The notes under the pieces are model-generated. The model had not been told where the DNA came from. It searched no databases and was given only the letters and a program-made list of their open reading frames with translations. DNA of 64,000 nt from assembly GCA_038496445.1 (NCBI GenBank), contig JALMLS010000015.1, positions 124,001 to 188,000 on the forward strand, written 5' to 3'. The position numbers were made by a program, and so were the translations under genes. The DNA comes from Trichosphaerium sp. ATCC 40318 (Eukaryota; Protista; Tubulinea). Below, piece after piece: positions 26,201-38,746 of the stretch (positions within the stretch are counted from its first letter, which is position 1; every line of letters begins with the position of its first letter).

Positions 26201-26814
26201 TTAGCTGAGGCATCAGCGTTGGTATCAAGTCTACACTCGGTCCATCAATGGCCATGTTCGCAAAATATCTTTAAAATGTAAGAAAAACACGTGTTTTGTA
26301 TTTTCGCTCTTTTTAGGGGTTTTTTTTTGACCACGTGATGTTAATAACCGCAACAAAAGCGCACGTGGGAGAATTTTTTTGTTCAAGTAATTAAATACGA
26401 AAAAGTGAAAAGTGACGCACAGGGATTGCAAGCTTGTAAAACTCTTTAAATCAGAGTCGAAAGTAAATGTACCACATGATATTGCTCGTCGTATGTAAAT
26501 ACTATGTCAAAAATTATGTGAGATTATTATCGCTATTGTTCATCTATTATTCTCTATTTAAACGCCGTACATGCTTTCTACTTGGTCCATTGCGTTACAT
26601 TGAACCTTTGTCGCGTAAATTAGCGGTTCTTAGAACGTAAGAGAAGAAACAAACTTCTCGGGAGACATACCGTTTCATTAGCACATGTTAAGGGTGTATC
26701 TAAACATAGTTTGGTTGACAACATGTCCAGGCTCGTTTGTTGGCCTTGTATGTACGTAAGGCATACATAGAAGAGTATAAAAACTCTCAGAAAGAGGACA
26801 AGGTGCGTAGTCAT
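23212..26814 (-). CDS. Leucine-rich-repeat single-pass membrane protein (receptor-like, no kinase)
   Basis: Signal peptide; plant-type LRRs (LxxLxLxxNxFTGxIP), many on separate short exons; TM VASISVVLIVVFLAVLFIILVF; short cytosolic tail. Confidence 0.85.
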
Positions 26815-27375
26815 TCTGAACTTTTTTTTGAAAAGTATTAATGAGAAATCAAAGGTGAATTTTCACACATTACTTTCAGTTAAGTGGATGCACGTATACG
26901 TGTTTTCTTGGTACTATTTGTGCTTCTTCTTGAACTGTATCAGTATAGCGTATTACGTATGACGAGGTAGGGATGACAAAAAATGCGTGGAAATCAGCAT
27001 TTCTCGGAACCCCAACACGACATGAAGATCACACGTGATTTTTAGAACGGCTTGTCTCGCGTGCGCCTCCACAATGGCACATAGTGGATAGCTACTATAA
27101 AACCAATTAAAACTCGTATTCGCTTTACATTTCGCCACAGTATCACTTGGCACAGCAGTCGACATGAAACGTCAAACCCATTGTAAAAACATGGACAACA
27201 ATTATTTGAACAAACGAAAAGAGCATGAAATTTCTGTCCCGCCGAAAACCCCACGCGCTAGTAAATAAACTACCTAGACCACGGTACGTCTTAGGGTAAC
27301 CCTGTTTTTGATTATTGCGCTACACAGTTCGCAAATTTTGTTTATTTTTCTCAAAAATACAGTAGCAACTCCTAT

Positions 27376-28480
27376 TTATTGTCCACCAGCAATGCTCTTC
27401 TGTAACTTAGTTATTTCAGAAGACATATTATCTCTGGATATTTTATCAAAGAGATTTATGAATGTATCCGTGAAAAACAAGTCTCCTTTCATGAGCTTTT
27501 GTAGAACGCTTATTCGTCCCTTTCTATACGAATCATCGCTGTAATGAATGTATTCTTTACGTATGTTATCTGCATATACATTATAATCATCTTGGGGCTT
27601 ACCAAGGACAGCCAAGTCAAAATCTGTTTTGATACATCAGGTTTTTTTCGGTAATTACACGCGCAAAAAAATGATCACTTTACCGTGATTTTATCAAAAA
27701 CACGTGCCTAAAAATAATTTTAGATCATTGTCTGCATCTTGGCCTACTTTATGACTCTTCGTTGCTATAATCCAGTCAAAAACCTAGGTGAGTAAGCAAT
27801 TGTACAATAAACAAATGTCATGCATGGATAGAACAGTCTCGCAGTTCAAGCTTAGACACTAGACCCTCAGAAAAAACCCTTCGGGTCTGAAAGAGCGCAA
27901 CACTTTTCCTGTTTTACTTCTCCTATTTTATGTACTACCCATTCGTTTCCAAAGGGTAATGTAACGCACCCAAAGATTTACGAATGACAACGTCATCCGA
28001 CATTTTCAAGTGGAATTCAAAAAAAAATGTTTGAAGCCGTACTTTTTCTTCTAGTGACCCACTGATGCTCGCTTCCTTACAAAACACCTTCCACAGAGCA
28101 GCGCTTTCCTCTTCGTTGTTATTTAGCCGTGGATTGTAGATAGCGCTGGTTTTTAGTGTGAAGGAGTATAATAGTGTAAGAGAGATTTTGGGGCTCTGTG
28201 GATACTCATGGAACCAAATAGAAGCTAACATTGCCACTTGATCGGTTATTCGTTCTTTGAACTTGTCATAGTACTCTAGAAGCTCTTTAATGTGTTGTAG
28301 AGTATGATAGAAGCGCCATTCTTCTTCAAATAAATCTCCAAGCTTAGAACGCCACTAAACTCTTCGATTAGTATTTCCTTGCGTAGAGATGACATTATTA
28401 GGGCGTACTTTTGAAGATAGCGCCTGTGTAAGTTCTAAAACGCTACTAAACTCTTCCCATCTCTTTAAAACCTCTGCCAT
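27376..28480 (-). CDS. HD-superfamily metal-dependent phosphohydrolase (COG4339-like)
   Basis: Spliced motifs RFYHTLQHI, IWFHDAIYNP...NEEESA, IIATKSH, LDFDLAVLG...Y..Y...IRKEY...GRISVL. Confidence 0.85.
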
Positions 28481-28590
28481 CACGATTGAGACGTCGAAGC
28501 TTATTCGAACTTTAAGCTGTACCAAACAGCGCTGACTTAGGTCAACTGTAAACTGAACCAGTACCTCCACTGTCGCAACTCTTTAAAACA

Positions 28591-29243
28591 ATGGCCAGTA
28601 CAGTACGTTACAAACGTTTGACAAGCACTGTTATTTCCAAGTTTGTAGCCACTGCCAACACCGCGAAATACCCTACAACGGCGTGCTTGGCTAGTGGTCT
28701 TTACAGCAAAGCACACGAGGCACCTTTTCTTTTGTTCAGTTGAAAGTAAATTGAAAAAGTTGTAACTTTTCCTTTTTTTTCAAAAAGAACATCTTTATCA
28801 CGTGGTGTATTTTCGTCAGACACAAACTATTAACAACAACCTTTGTAACAAGTTGAGATTTTTCATTGACACGTCTATGATCACTAAATCAAACTTTGAT
28901 TTCTTACTGATTGTTCTAGAAAATTAATAGCGTAGAACGTAACACCACTTCGAACCTCACTTTTGAGAATCATGTAGTATTCAACAGCGGTGATAATTGT
29001 ATTTTTAATGGCACATGTGATACCAACAAAGGTGACAAATGCACGTTTAATGATACATGCACAACCAACAGTGGTGACTCATGCACTTTCAATGGTCTTT
29101 GTGAAACAAACAGTGGAGATGATTGCTCATTCAAAGGTCATTGTAGAAACAACAGAGGCGATGATTGCGAATTCCTTGGTACTGTAGAAAACAGCACTGG
29201 TGATAGGTGCACTATTAATGAGAATAAAACTGTAAAAGAGTAG
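28591..29243 (+). CDS. Small protein with six 14-residue Cys/Gly/Asn repeats
   Basis: ATG GCC AGT ACA|gtacgt at 28591, acceptor ttctag at 28919, then an open frame with GDNCIFNGTCDTNK / GDKCTFNDTCTTNS / GDSCTFNGLCETNS / GDDCSFKGHCRNNR / GDDCEFLGTVENST / GDRCTINENKTVKE-stop. First exon assignment is tentative. Confidence 0.7.
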
Positions 29244-29467
29244 ATAGAACCAGTAGCAATAACTTAACAGATTTGTTCCCTTGTCCAACGAATATTGAAG
29301 TTAACGCTCAGTTTTCTTTAAATTGGTGAGGTGTTATGCAAATCAAGGTTTATCAATGCAATAGCAAACTCTGTAGCTATGATAAAAATACAAATTTACG
29401 GTTATGGCCAAATGTAGTAAATAGAAATGAAACGTGCAAGTTGTAGTTTAGGAAAATATTGAATTTT

Positions 29468-32400
29468 TTACTCTTTTTCTTCAACTACAAATGATAGAGC
29501 AAGATCATCTGCTGCAATATTATCATCCTTTGAAAAGAAAACAGCTTCAACAATACCATCCGTAGGAGAACAAATATTGTGCTATGAAAAATAAGAAAAA
29601 AGTTACAAAGAGGTGAAAAAAAAAACAACTTCAAAAGTTCACAGCAATTAACACTTACGCTTTGTTTCATTGATACTAGTTGCATTACAACATCACCTTT
29701 CTTGACCTAAAATCATAATATTAGAAAACTTTTTGTAAAACAACAATAAACAAAGAGCGAATAGGAAGAACATATTTGAGAAGTAGAATACAAATAAAAA
29801 AACGAACAAAAACTACAACACGTACTGCATCACCAGCTTTGACAAATACATTACTTACAACACCAGGAAGTGGTGCGAGCAGAGATCCAGCTCCTTCAGG
29901 TACACTAAACAAACCAAATCATGAGATCAATGTACCAGAAATATCAACAAAAAAAAAACGTACACATATGAAGGAGTAGGAAGCTCAAGTGTAAACTCTT
30001 CACCTTCTTTAAAAATAGAGAATGTGTCTCCCTTTCTATGAATAACACTTGTCATTCTATTACCTAAAAAATACAATAAATAAAGGCACTCAAAACAACT
30101 TGTTTCCAATCTAATATCCTCTTATACTGTTTAATATACGTACCAGTATGGAAAACCTCAATACCATTCTCTGTAAGTTTAGCACGACCTTCAATCTCAT
30201 GTTCTTTGCCTTCACGATCAAATGTGCGTACACGGTACTTATTATTTGGTTTATACGTCACAAAAACGCTCTATTGTGGAAGAAAAAAAATAAGCTTCAG
30301 AAAAAAGAAACAAAGAAAGAAATCAAGTGTTTGCAGTTTCTTGAAAAAAAACTCGCGTACATGTTCAACTTCATCCTCATCTATCCATTTAATCTCACGT
30401 TCATGTTCAGTACCAAAGCGCCTACCATTAAGTTGTTGCCAAGGTGTTGGTTTGCTTGCAGTGGCTTTATTTTCACCAAGAACTAAAAAGAGCGAAGTCA
30501 TAGCCAATATATCAGTTGAAACAAGAGCCTTAGCACGTAAAAGAACTTCTGCGTGCTCCTATATTACCATTAACATAAGATATAGATATCACAACGAGAT
30601 AAAAAATAACACCGTCCAACAATAAAAAAGTAACTTACAGGAATAAAATGTGTTTGAACATTTCCTTTCTCGAACTCAGGGTGTGTAGCACAACGTCTTA
30701 GGAATGATATATTTGTGTGTGGTCCAGCAATATAGTATTGTTCTAGAGCACGTGCTAATCTATCTAATGCTGTTTGTCTTGTAGTATCCCATACTACCAG
30801 TTTCGCAATCATTGAGTCGTAGTACACGGATACCTAAAAAGTGAAGAATGTTAAATCTGAGTGAAGTCTCAGGGCTGCGTTTATAGTACCTCATCTCCTT
30901 GTAGTACACCTGTATCTACTCTCATTTTACTATCAAGTATCTTTGGTGGTTGTAACAAGTGCATTTTGCCAACACTTGGAGCAAAATCACTAACATACGG
31001 TTAACTTCAATTGCAACGGTAAAATTCCTTGTTAAACCCATACTTGTATGGGTTTTCTGCACAAATACGCGCTTCAAAAGCATGTCCATTTATCTTCAAC
31101 TCTTCTTGTTTCTTTGGTAGGGTAAAACCAGATGCAACCTATACCTGTCAGACTGGCGAGAAAACCCGAAAAGTTGGTGAAAAAAAAAAGTTTACCAGTA
31201 GTTGCCAATGAACCAAATCTGTTCCTGTGATCATCTCTGTGATTGGATGTTCTACTTGAAGCCTAGTATTCATTTCCATAAAATAAAAGGTTCCAAAGTT
31301 AGGTGATTCCTCATCAGCCTCCATGATAAATTCAACAGTACCTACAACCCATAAATACAAATAAAAACAAAAAAAAGGTAAAAAAAATGACAGATTCTTC
31401 ATACCAGCGCCTCTATAATTAACAGCACGTGCAGCATCAACAGCTGCTTTTCCCATTTTATGACGTTGTTCCTCTGATAAATGTGGCTAGTAATAAACAA
31501 TAAGCTTATCTTATAGGCACAAAAACAAGAATAGAAGCAATTAAATGATCGTACAGCTGGGGCTTCTTCTATGACTTTTTGATGTCTTCTTTGTAATGAG
31601 CAATCTCTCTCAAACAAATAGACAACGTTACCAAAGTTATCAGCAAACACTTGGATTTCCACGTGACGTGATTTTTTAATATATTTTTCAATAAGACAAC
31701 TAGAATCACCAAAAGAACTCAAAGCTTCTTCTTGACACTCTTTCAACAATCGTGGTAAATCTATTTAAAAAAAAAATTAAAGAAATGTTCAACGCCGGCC
31801 ATCTAGACACTATGTAGATAAATCGTCATTTCGTACCTTCTTCTTTGTGTACAATACGCATACCCTTTCCGCCACCACCTTTATTAGCCTTTAAGAGCCA
31901 AGGGTAGCGAGAAACTTCTTTTCCATCTATTACATCTTTTTTACCAGCAATTTTCAAAAAGTGCTCCAAGGATTGCTCTGGTCCATGATAACCAGGTACG
32001 CAAGGCACACCAGCTTTTTCCATAATTACTTTAGATTCACTACATATATTATTAGACTAATTACACTCCAAGAAAGTCAGAGAAACCGCTTTAAGCTCAA
32101 AAAACATTCTTGAAAAAAGAAAAAAAAAAAGAAAAAGAAAGTCTTACTCTTTAGAACCCATAGAATTTATAGCTGATGCAGGAGGTCCAATAAAAGTGAC
32201 ACCATTACTTGCACACTCATTTGCAAAACCAGCATTTTCTGATAAAAAGCCGTATCCAGGATGAATAGCCTTTAAGAAATTTGCGCTTTAGAGACGGAGA
32301 AATATAAAATCATAGCAAAATAGTAAACCAAACGGAAAATTATATACCTCAGCGCCCGTTTCGCGTGCTACTTCTAGTATTTTATCAACACGCAGGTAAC

Positions 32401-32846
32401 TTTCAAGCACTGGAGCTGGTCCAAGGCAAAACGCTTCATCAGCCTTTAATATGTTAGAATATGCGATTTACGCGGTTTTTTAACGTTAAGAGCGCGTTTG
32501 AACGCAAAGCCGTTGAGAAAGTGGGTCGAATAAAACAAAATAAAATGTTTTTCCAACACTTACCAATTTAACGTGTAGCGCGTTTTCATCAGCTTCTGAG
32601 TAAACTGCGACTGTCTTTACGCCTAATTTTTTTGCTGTAGAAATAACACGGCAAGCGATTTCTCCTCTGTTAGCGACTAGTATCTTTTTAAACAGCCCTG
32701 GAATATATTTTAGCGCCGTTGGCCATTTTTTAGTTGTTAGTTGAGGTGCCTTCTCTCTTTTCTGTTGCTGCCTCTGTACTGGCGTATCGCCGCGTTTGGG
32801 CCGCACGGGCACTCCGTAGTGTTGATGCTCTTAGAATCGGTAACAT
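29468..32846 (-). CDS. MCCC1: Mitochondrial biotin-dependent carboxylase alpha subunit, most likely 3-methylcrotonyl-CoA carboxylase
   Basis: Arg/Ser/Ala-rich transit peptide, [77 protein letters not shown]-terminal biotinyl domain (SMKQ). Confidence 0.8.
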
Positions 32847-33046
32847 GCGATGTCAATTCACCTTTATATGCTATAAAATCTCTCCGCACACAACTTTAGC
32901 TATGTTTTAGCTAAAAAGGAATGATTTGTAGCAAGTACTTAGCAGCAAGAATTTTATTGACGTACTTGTGGGGTTTTTTGATTTGTTTCTGCAATGGTTG
33001 CAAAAAAAAAACACTACACACAACATACAAGTAATAATAAGATAAT

Positions 33047-35002
33047 TTATTCAGAAGCAATTCTCGTGTCAACACGAATAGACTTTCCATCAGTATTAGT
33101 CTTGGTATTAGAAGTTCCACCGCTTGATGACGCCGCAAGAGAAGGAAATGCAATGTCTGGGAATACAAAACTAGCCAGACTACTCGCAGCGACAACAACA
33201 ATAGCTGTAGCAACAATATGGCGTACACTAAAGTCAGTGTCACCGAAAATGAGAAGCAACATGCCAGCGATTGCGAGCGCCATTACGCAATTATAAAGAT
33301 GCATTAAAAGCCATCGTGATGATATTACACGACTCTTGACAGACCAAGTAGAATATACAACAAAAGCACCCCATCCAAGAAGCCCAAGTAAATAAATAAG
33401 TTCAAGGACAAGCCAAATCTCGTAGTACTTAGAAGTACATGTGTGGTTAACGTCTAAAGAGAGTACATCTACTTGTTCGAAGCCACTTTCATACGTGTCA
33501 ACTATGTCCCATATAACAATAAGAACGAATTGAATTGCTAACACGATGCAAAGAGATACAAGGAAAATCAATAAACCACGGATTTGTTTCTTGAATTTGT
33601 TCCTCCTTACTACAACCGTAAAGACTCTCATAATAATAGAAGCACGTCCAATAGATGCACCAAGGAACAAAGACACAGAAGCCGAAGTAAGCCATAACCG
33701 TAATTGGCATAGAACCGTTGAGCTAGGAACAAGTACCCAAATAATAGCTGCGACAAAAGCCATAATAACACCAGCGAGTAAGACGTATCCGTAAACTACC
33801 ACTTGAAGCCTTGGATGCGGTCTAAAGACCCAAATTCCAAGGACACCAATAGAGATAATAAAGAATATTACTATAATCACAACTAGCGCTATAGAGCCCG
33901 CTCCAAAATCGGTAGTTAGAATCCTTTGACCGACTAGAGATTCCCCTTGACAAGTTGCTTCGCGCATCTTGTCAACCACTGTGTCAGCAAGAGCTCGCGG
34001 AAGTGGAATATATCCCCGAGAAGAAGCAGTACTGGAGCCTTCGTCGCTTGTCAATGCCCATGTTAAGAAACGCAAAACTGTTCTTTGTTCTTGACATTGT
34101 TGATTCCAATCTGTATCTAATATTGCGTACGTAAAAGCTGCAATAGGAAATGCTCCAGGAGCATCAATATCTATGACTTCTGAAGCGAAAAAGTTTGGTT
34201 TAAAGACAGCAGAAGAAAAAGCACTCTGAGCAGATTGAGTACTATATATTACCTCTTCGCCAAGTTTGTTTACTAGTGTAGCCAATATGACCTCAGGGGT
34301 TTGCGCAAACTCCAAAAAAACGTTGTGACTGACATATCCAATAGAATAAGGTGTAACATTGATTGTTGACATTACTCCCGTATTTCCCCGAGCGAGTATC
34401 AAATTTGGATTTGTTGTTGTATTTACAGCGAAATCGCCTGATGGAGGACCATAGTTGGTTGCGAACGTTGGGTCCATACTCACAATAGCAAGTTGAAAAA
34501 TAAATGATGTTCCTGAGCCTTCTGAGCGAGCAACTGAAGTAATTGTCTGATTGATTGAAGCTAACGTTGGATTTCTCGCTACCAGACGAGCGTCGTTCCA
34601 GTGCGTTATTACTCCGCCAAAAATATCTGAAAGCTCCTTGCGGGGTATTACTACTGTAGATACTCCCGGAATATGAGTTACAACTACAACACCACCTCCC
34701 ATAATAGGATACATTTGAAGGCCTGAATTTTCAGCAACTTGTGCGTCTGTAATTTCGGAGTCTGAACCCGCCCATACAACTTCGTTAGCTGTTATAAGAG
34801 CGCGTGCAGTAGTGCTCCCAGTAGCATTATAGGTCATTGTTTCGGTATTTGAGTCGAATAGTTGAAACGAAGGTATCCAAGAGCGAATTATAGGCTCTGC
34901 AAAAGTACCGCCTGCAGCGGTGACTTGAGCGTTTGTTGACGAAAAAAATGAAATAGAAAGGAAAACCGCTAAAAACAGCATGGGGCCGTAGAAGGTCGTC
35001 AT
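33047..35002 (-). CDS. PstS-type phosphate-binding domain fused to a family-3 (class C) 7TM GPCR domain; intronless
   Basis: Signal peptide; AAGGTFAEP, YNATGS, WAGSD, IFGGVITHWND, RSEGSGTSFIF, SIGYV, FPIAAFTY (PstS); then seven hydrophobic segments with CQLRLWL, loop Cys HTCTS and Y..GLL.WG...Y.TW.V...LYN (7tm_3-like). Confidence 0.85.
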   Translation of the reverse strand: MTTFYGPMLFLAVFLSISFFSSTNAQVTAAGGTFAEPIIRSWIPSFQLFDSNTETMTYNATGSTTARALITANEVVWAGSDSEITDAQVAENSGLQMYPIMGGGVVVVTHIPGVSTVVIPRKELSDIFGGVITHWNDARLVARNPTLASINQTITSVARSEGSGTSFIFQLAIVSMDPTFATNYGPPSGDFAVNTTTNPNLILARGNTGVMSTINVTPYSIGYVSHNVFLEFAQTPEVILATLVNKLGEEVIYSTQSAQSAFSSAVFKPNFFASEVIDIDAPGAFPIAAFTYAILDTDWNQQCQEQRTVLRFLTWALTSDEGSSTASSRGYIPLPRALADTVVDKMREATCQGESLVGQRILTTDFGAGSIALVVIIVIFFIISIGVLGIWVFRPHPRLQVVVYGYVLLAGVIMAFVAAIIWVLVPSSTVLCQLRLWLTSASVSLFLGASIGRASIIMRVFTVVVRRNKFKKQIRGLLIFLVSLCIVLAIQFVLIVIWDIVDTYESGFEQVDVLSLDVNHTCTSKYYEIWLVLELIYLLGLLGWGAFVVYSTWSVKSRVISSRWLLMHLYNCVMALAIAGMLLLIFGDTDFSVRHIVATAIVVVAASSLASFVFPDIAFPSLAASSSGGTSNTKTNTDGKSIRVDTRIASE

Positions 35003-35391
35003 TTTTAGCTAATCTAAAACGGTTTTAGTTTGAGTAAGCGATTTATGCTTTTCATACTTGTATGTATTAAAATAACTCCTTGAGATATTCCAAAATGTAT
35101 CCAAGTATCGCCTTGTGAGTTTTCCGGTTGGTAATTTTTTAATTAAATGGAGCTCAGAAAAATGTGTTACTTAATATGGCATTTTACGAACACTAAGCGC
35201 CTAACTCAGATATTTCACAACATGTTAAAGGTGTGCAAGTGGTAGCACCAAGTAGCGTACCACAGTATTAGGGCATTGCCCCAAGTGGCAAGTTTTTTTG
35301 TGTCACAAAAGTGTCTTTTCTGTAAACTGCAATGCTTTTTTACCTGTGAAGCGAAAATCAGTTAAGCTTTTCTTATTCTTTGGCAGGCAAC

Positions 35392-36966
35392 ATGGCCTCA
35401 AAGAAATCGAAAGTTAGTACGTACAGAAGTAATGTTTAACCACAAACATGAGAATAATTATTATTTTAGAGATATATCGCGCTGGTAAGGCGCCAGATTA
35501 CGCAAAAGATGGGGAAAGCAAGAAAAACCAACGTAGAGACAAAAGTACGTCTAATAGGCTTATAATATACATCAAGTTGTAATACTAGTATAGAACGCAG
35601 CTCGCGTAAACAGAGACACAGTGAAGAGCCAAAGTACGTAATTAATAATATTTACTAGCAAAACGCACTCGCACGCCTGCATAGTGCTATTATACCAACT
35701 AAATACGCCATAAATGTCAAAACTAAAATGTTTGCAGGATAGATAAGCGCTTGGCTCGCCTACAAAGAGCCCAGGCCAATGAAGATGGTGGGGGCGGTAG
35801 ATCTAGGCGACATGTGGAGGCCGAAGTAATTGTTGAAGAAGATCTCAACGAGGAGCAGCCAAAACCACAACAAACAGAAGACTTAATACAAGAAAACCAA
35901 GCAACAGAAGCGTGGGACGCAGGATCAGACAGAGCAGCCATACGAGCTAGATTGCTTGCTGAAGCCGAAAAAGAAGAGATACCTCAACAGCAAGAAGAAG
36001 GTGTCACCACAACGCTACACGTAGATGATGATGAAGACGAATCTGAAGGCGAAGAATCAAGCTCAGAGTACGTACTAAATGCTCAACTTCAAAGTAACTG
36101 TAAACTTATTAAAAACAAAGGTACACAAGCGATTCAGACGAAGACGACTTTATTTCAGAAAACACATTAATAATGCCAAAGTTTGTGCCTAAAGATAAGC
36201 GTCATACACTTGTTGAACGTGATGAAGAGATAGAGAAGCAGGAGCAATTAAAAGAATTACAAGTACAGCGTGACCAAGAAAAACGCGCAAGAACTCTTAA
36301 TTTTGTACGTTGAAGTAGTTTACTGTTACGTGAATTCTCTCTTACGCTACTACTTAGGTAAAAGATCAACTAGAGATAGAGCATGCTGCTGAAGCAGCTG
36401 CACTTGAAGAGAACGATTTGGATGATATAGATGATGCAGTGGATGATGAAGAAGCTGATCCAGAGAGGGAATACGAGTTATGGAAGATTCGTGAGTTAAA
36501 GCGTATTAAACGTGATAGAGAAGAGAGACTCGCTTGGGAGAGAGAACGCGCAGATATTGAGCGTAGACGTAAGATGACTGATGAAGAAGTAATGAGGGAA
36601 AACAAGAAAGATCCAACTAAAAACAAAAAAGCAACTGAAATGAAGTTCCTTCAAAAATACTACCACAAGGGAGCATTTTTTGGAGATGAGCTTAAGGTTA
36701 TAGAAAAAACACATGATTGGACAGCACCTACTGGTGAGGATAAGAGTCTTGATAGACGTATTCTTCCAAATGTTATGCAAGTCAAAAATTTTGGACGTGC
36801 TAGTAGAAGTAAGTATACTCATCTTACAGATCAAGATACCACATTCAAGGAGGGTGATTCTGCTTGGAATCAACGTAGCGAGTTTAGTAATAGCTATGCT
36901 TCTAAAATGGGTGGTATGAAGAAAAATTTCGATAGACCATCGAAGCGCCCTAGGTATCGTCGTTGA
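35392..36966 (+). CDS. MFAP1: Microfibrillar-associated protein 1 (spliceosome B-complex factor)
   Basis: RYIAGKAPDYA-like N-terminus; EYELWKIRELKRIKRDREER, KFLQKYYHKGAFF, LPNVMQVKNFGRASRSKYTHLTDQDTT. Confidence 0.92.
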
Positions 36967-37095
36967 ATGTAATGTAAATAAAAGAAAAAACAAAATAGTG
37001 TTGTTTGCTTTTGAGTAAAAATTGGGTGTGCTAAGTCTTGATTTTTGACGTTACTTAAAGCCGCGACAAAAGTTTAATCACCTCAATTTAATCCG

Positions 37096-38419
<1,324 letters not shown>

Positions 38420-38746
38420 GTGATTTAAATAATAAATTCAAATCAAAAAAATACACTTGTTCAGTCTTCCCAATATACCACTTTGCGGATATGTTCACAA
38501 CCGCGTTGGTATGGTTGCATCTACATTTACAAGTGGAAATGAAGTTTAGATGGTGCCAGCCATGTGCTTGCCACTTGCTGCTTCATCCGACTAAGAATGA
38601 TGTGATAAAGTACAAAAGCATAGGTTGTATCGTTGTAAAAATGAGTGCGTTGGCAATGTCAAAAAATGACAACCAAAAGACTTTTCAATGAAAAATAAAC
38701 GTCAGTTACCAACTGAATATCTTAGCTGAGAACCTGTCTCGTCATC

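Noticed and set aside
27860-27892. Small hairpin with a cTTCGg loop in an intron of the HD gene
   Set aside because: Stem is too short and no snoRNA box motifs could be placed; insufficient for an ncRNA call.
28990-29187. ORF-track 65-aa peptide MIIVFLMAHV...
   Set aside because: Wrong frame; the neighbouring frame carries the regular Cys repeat.
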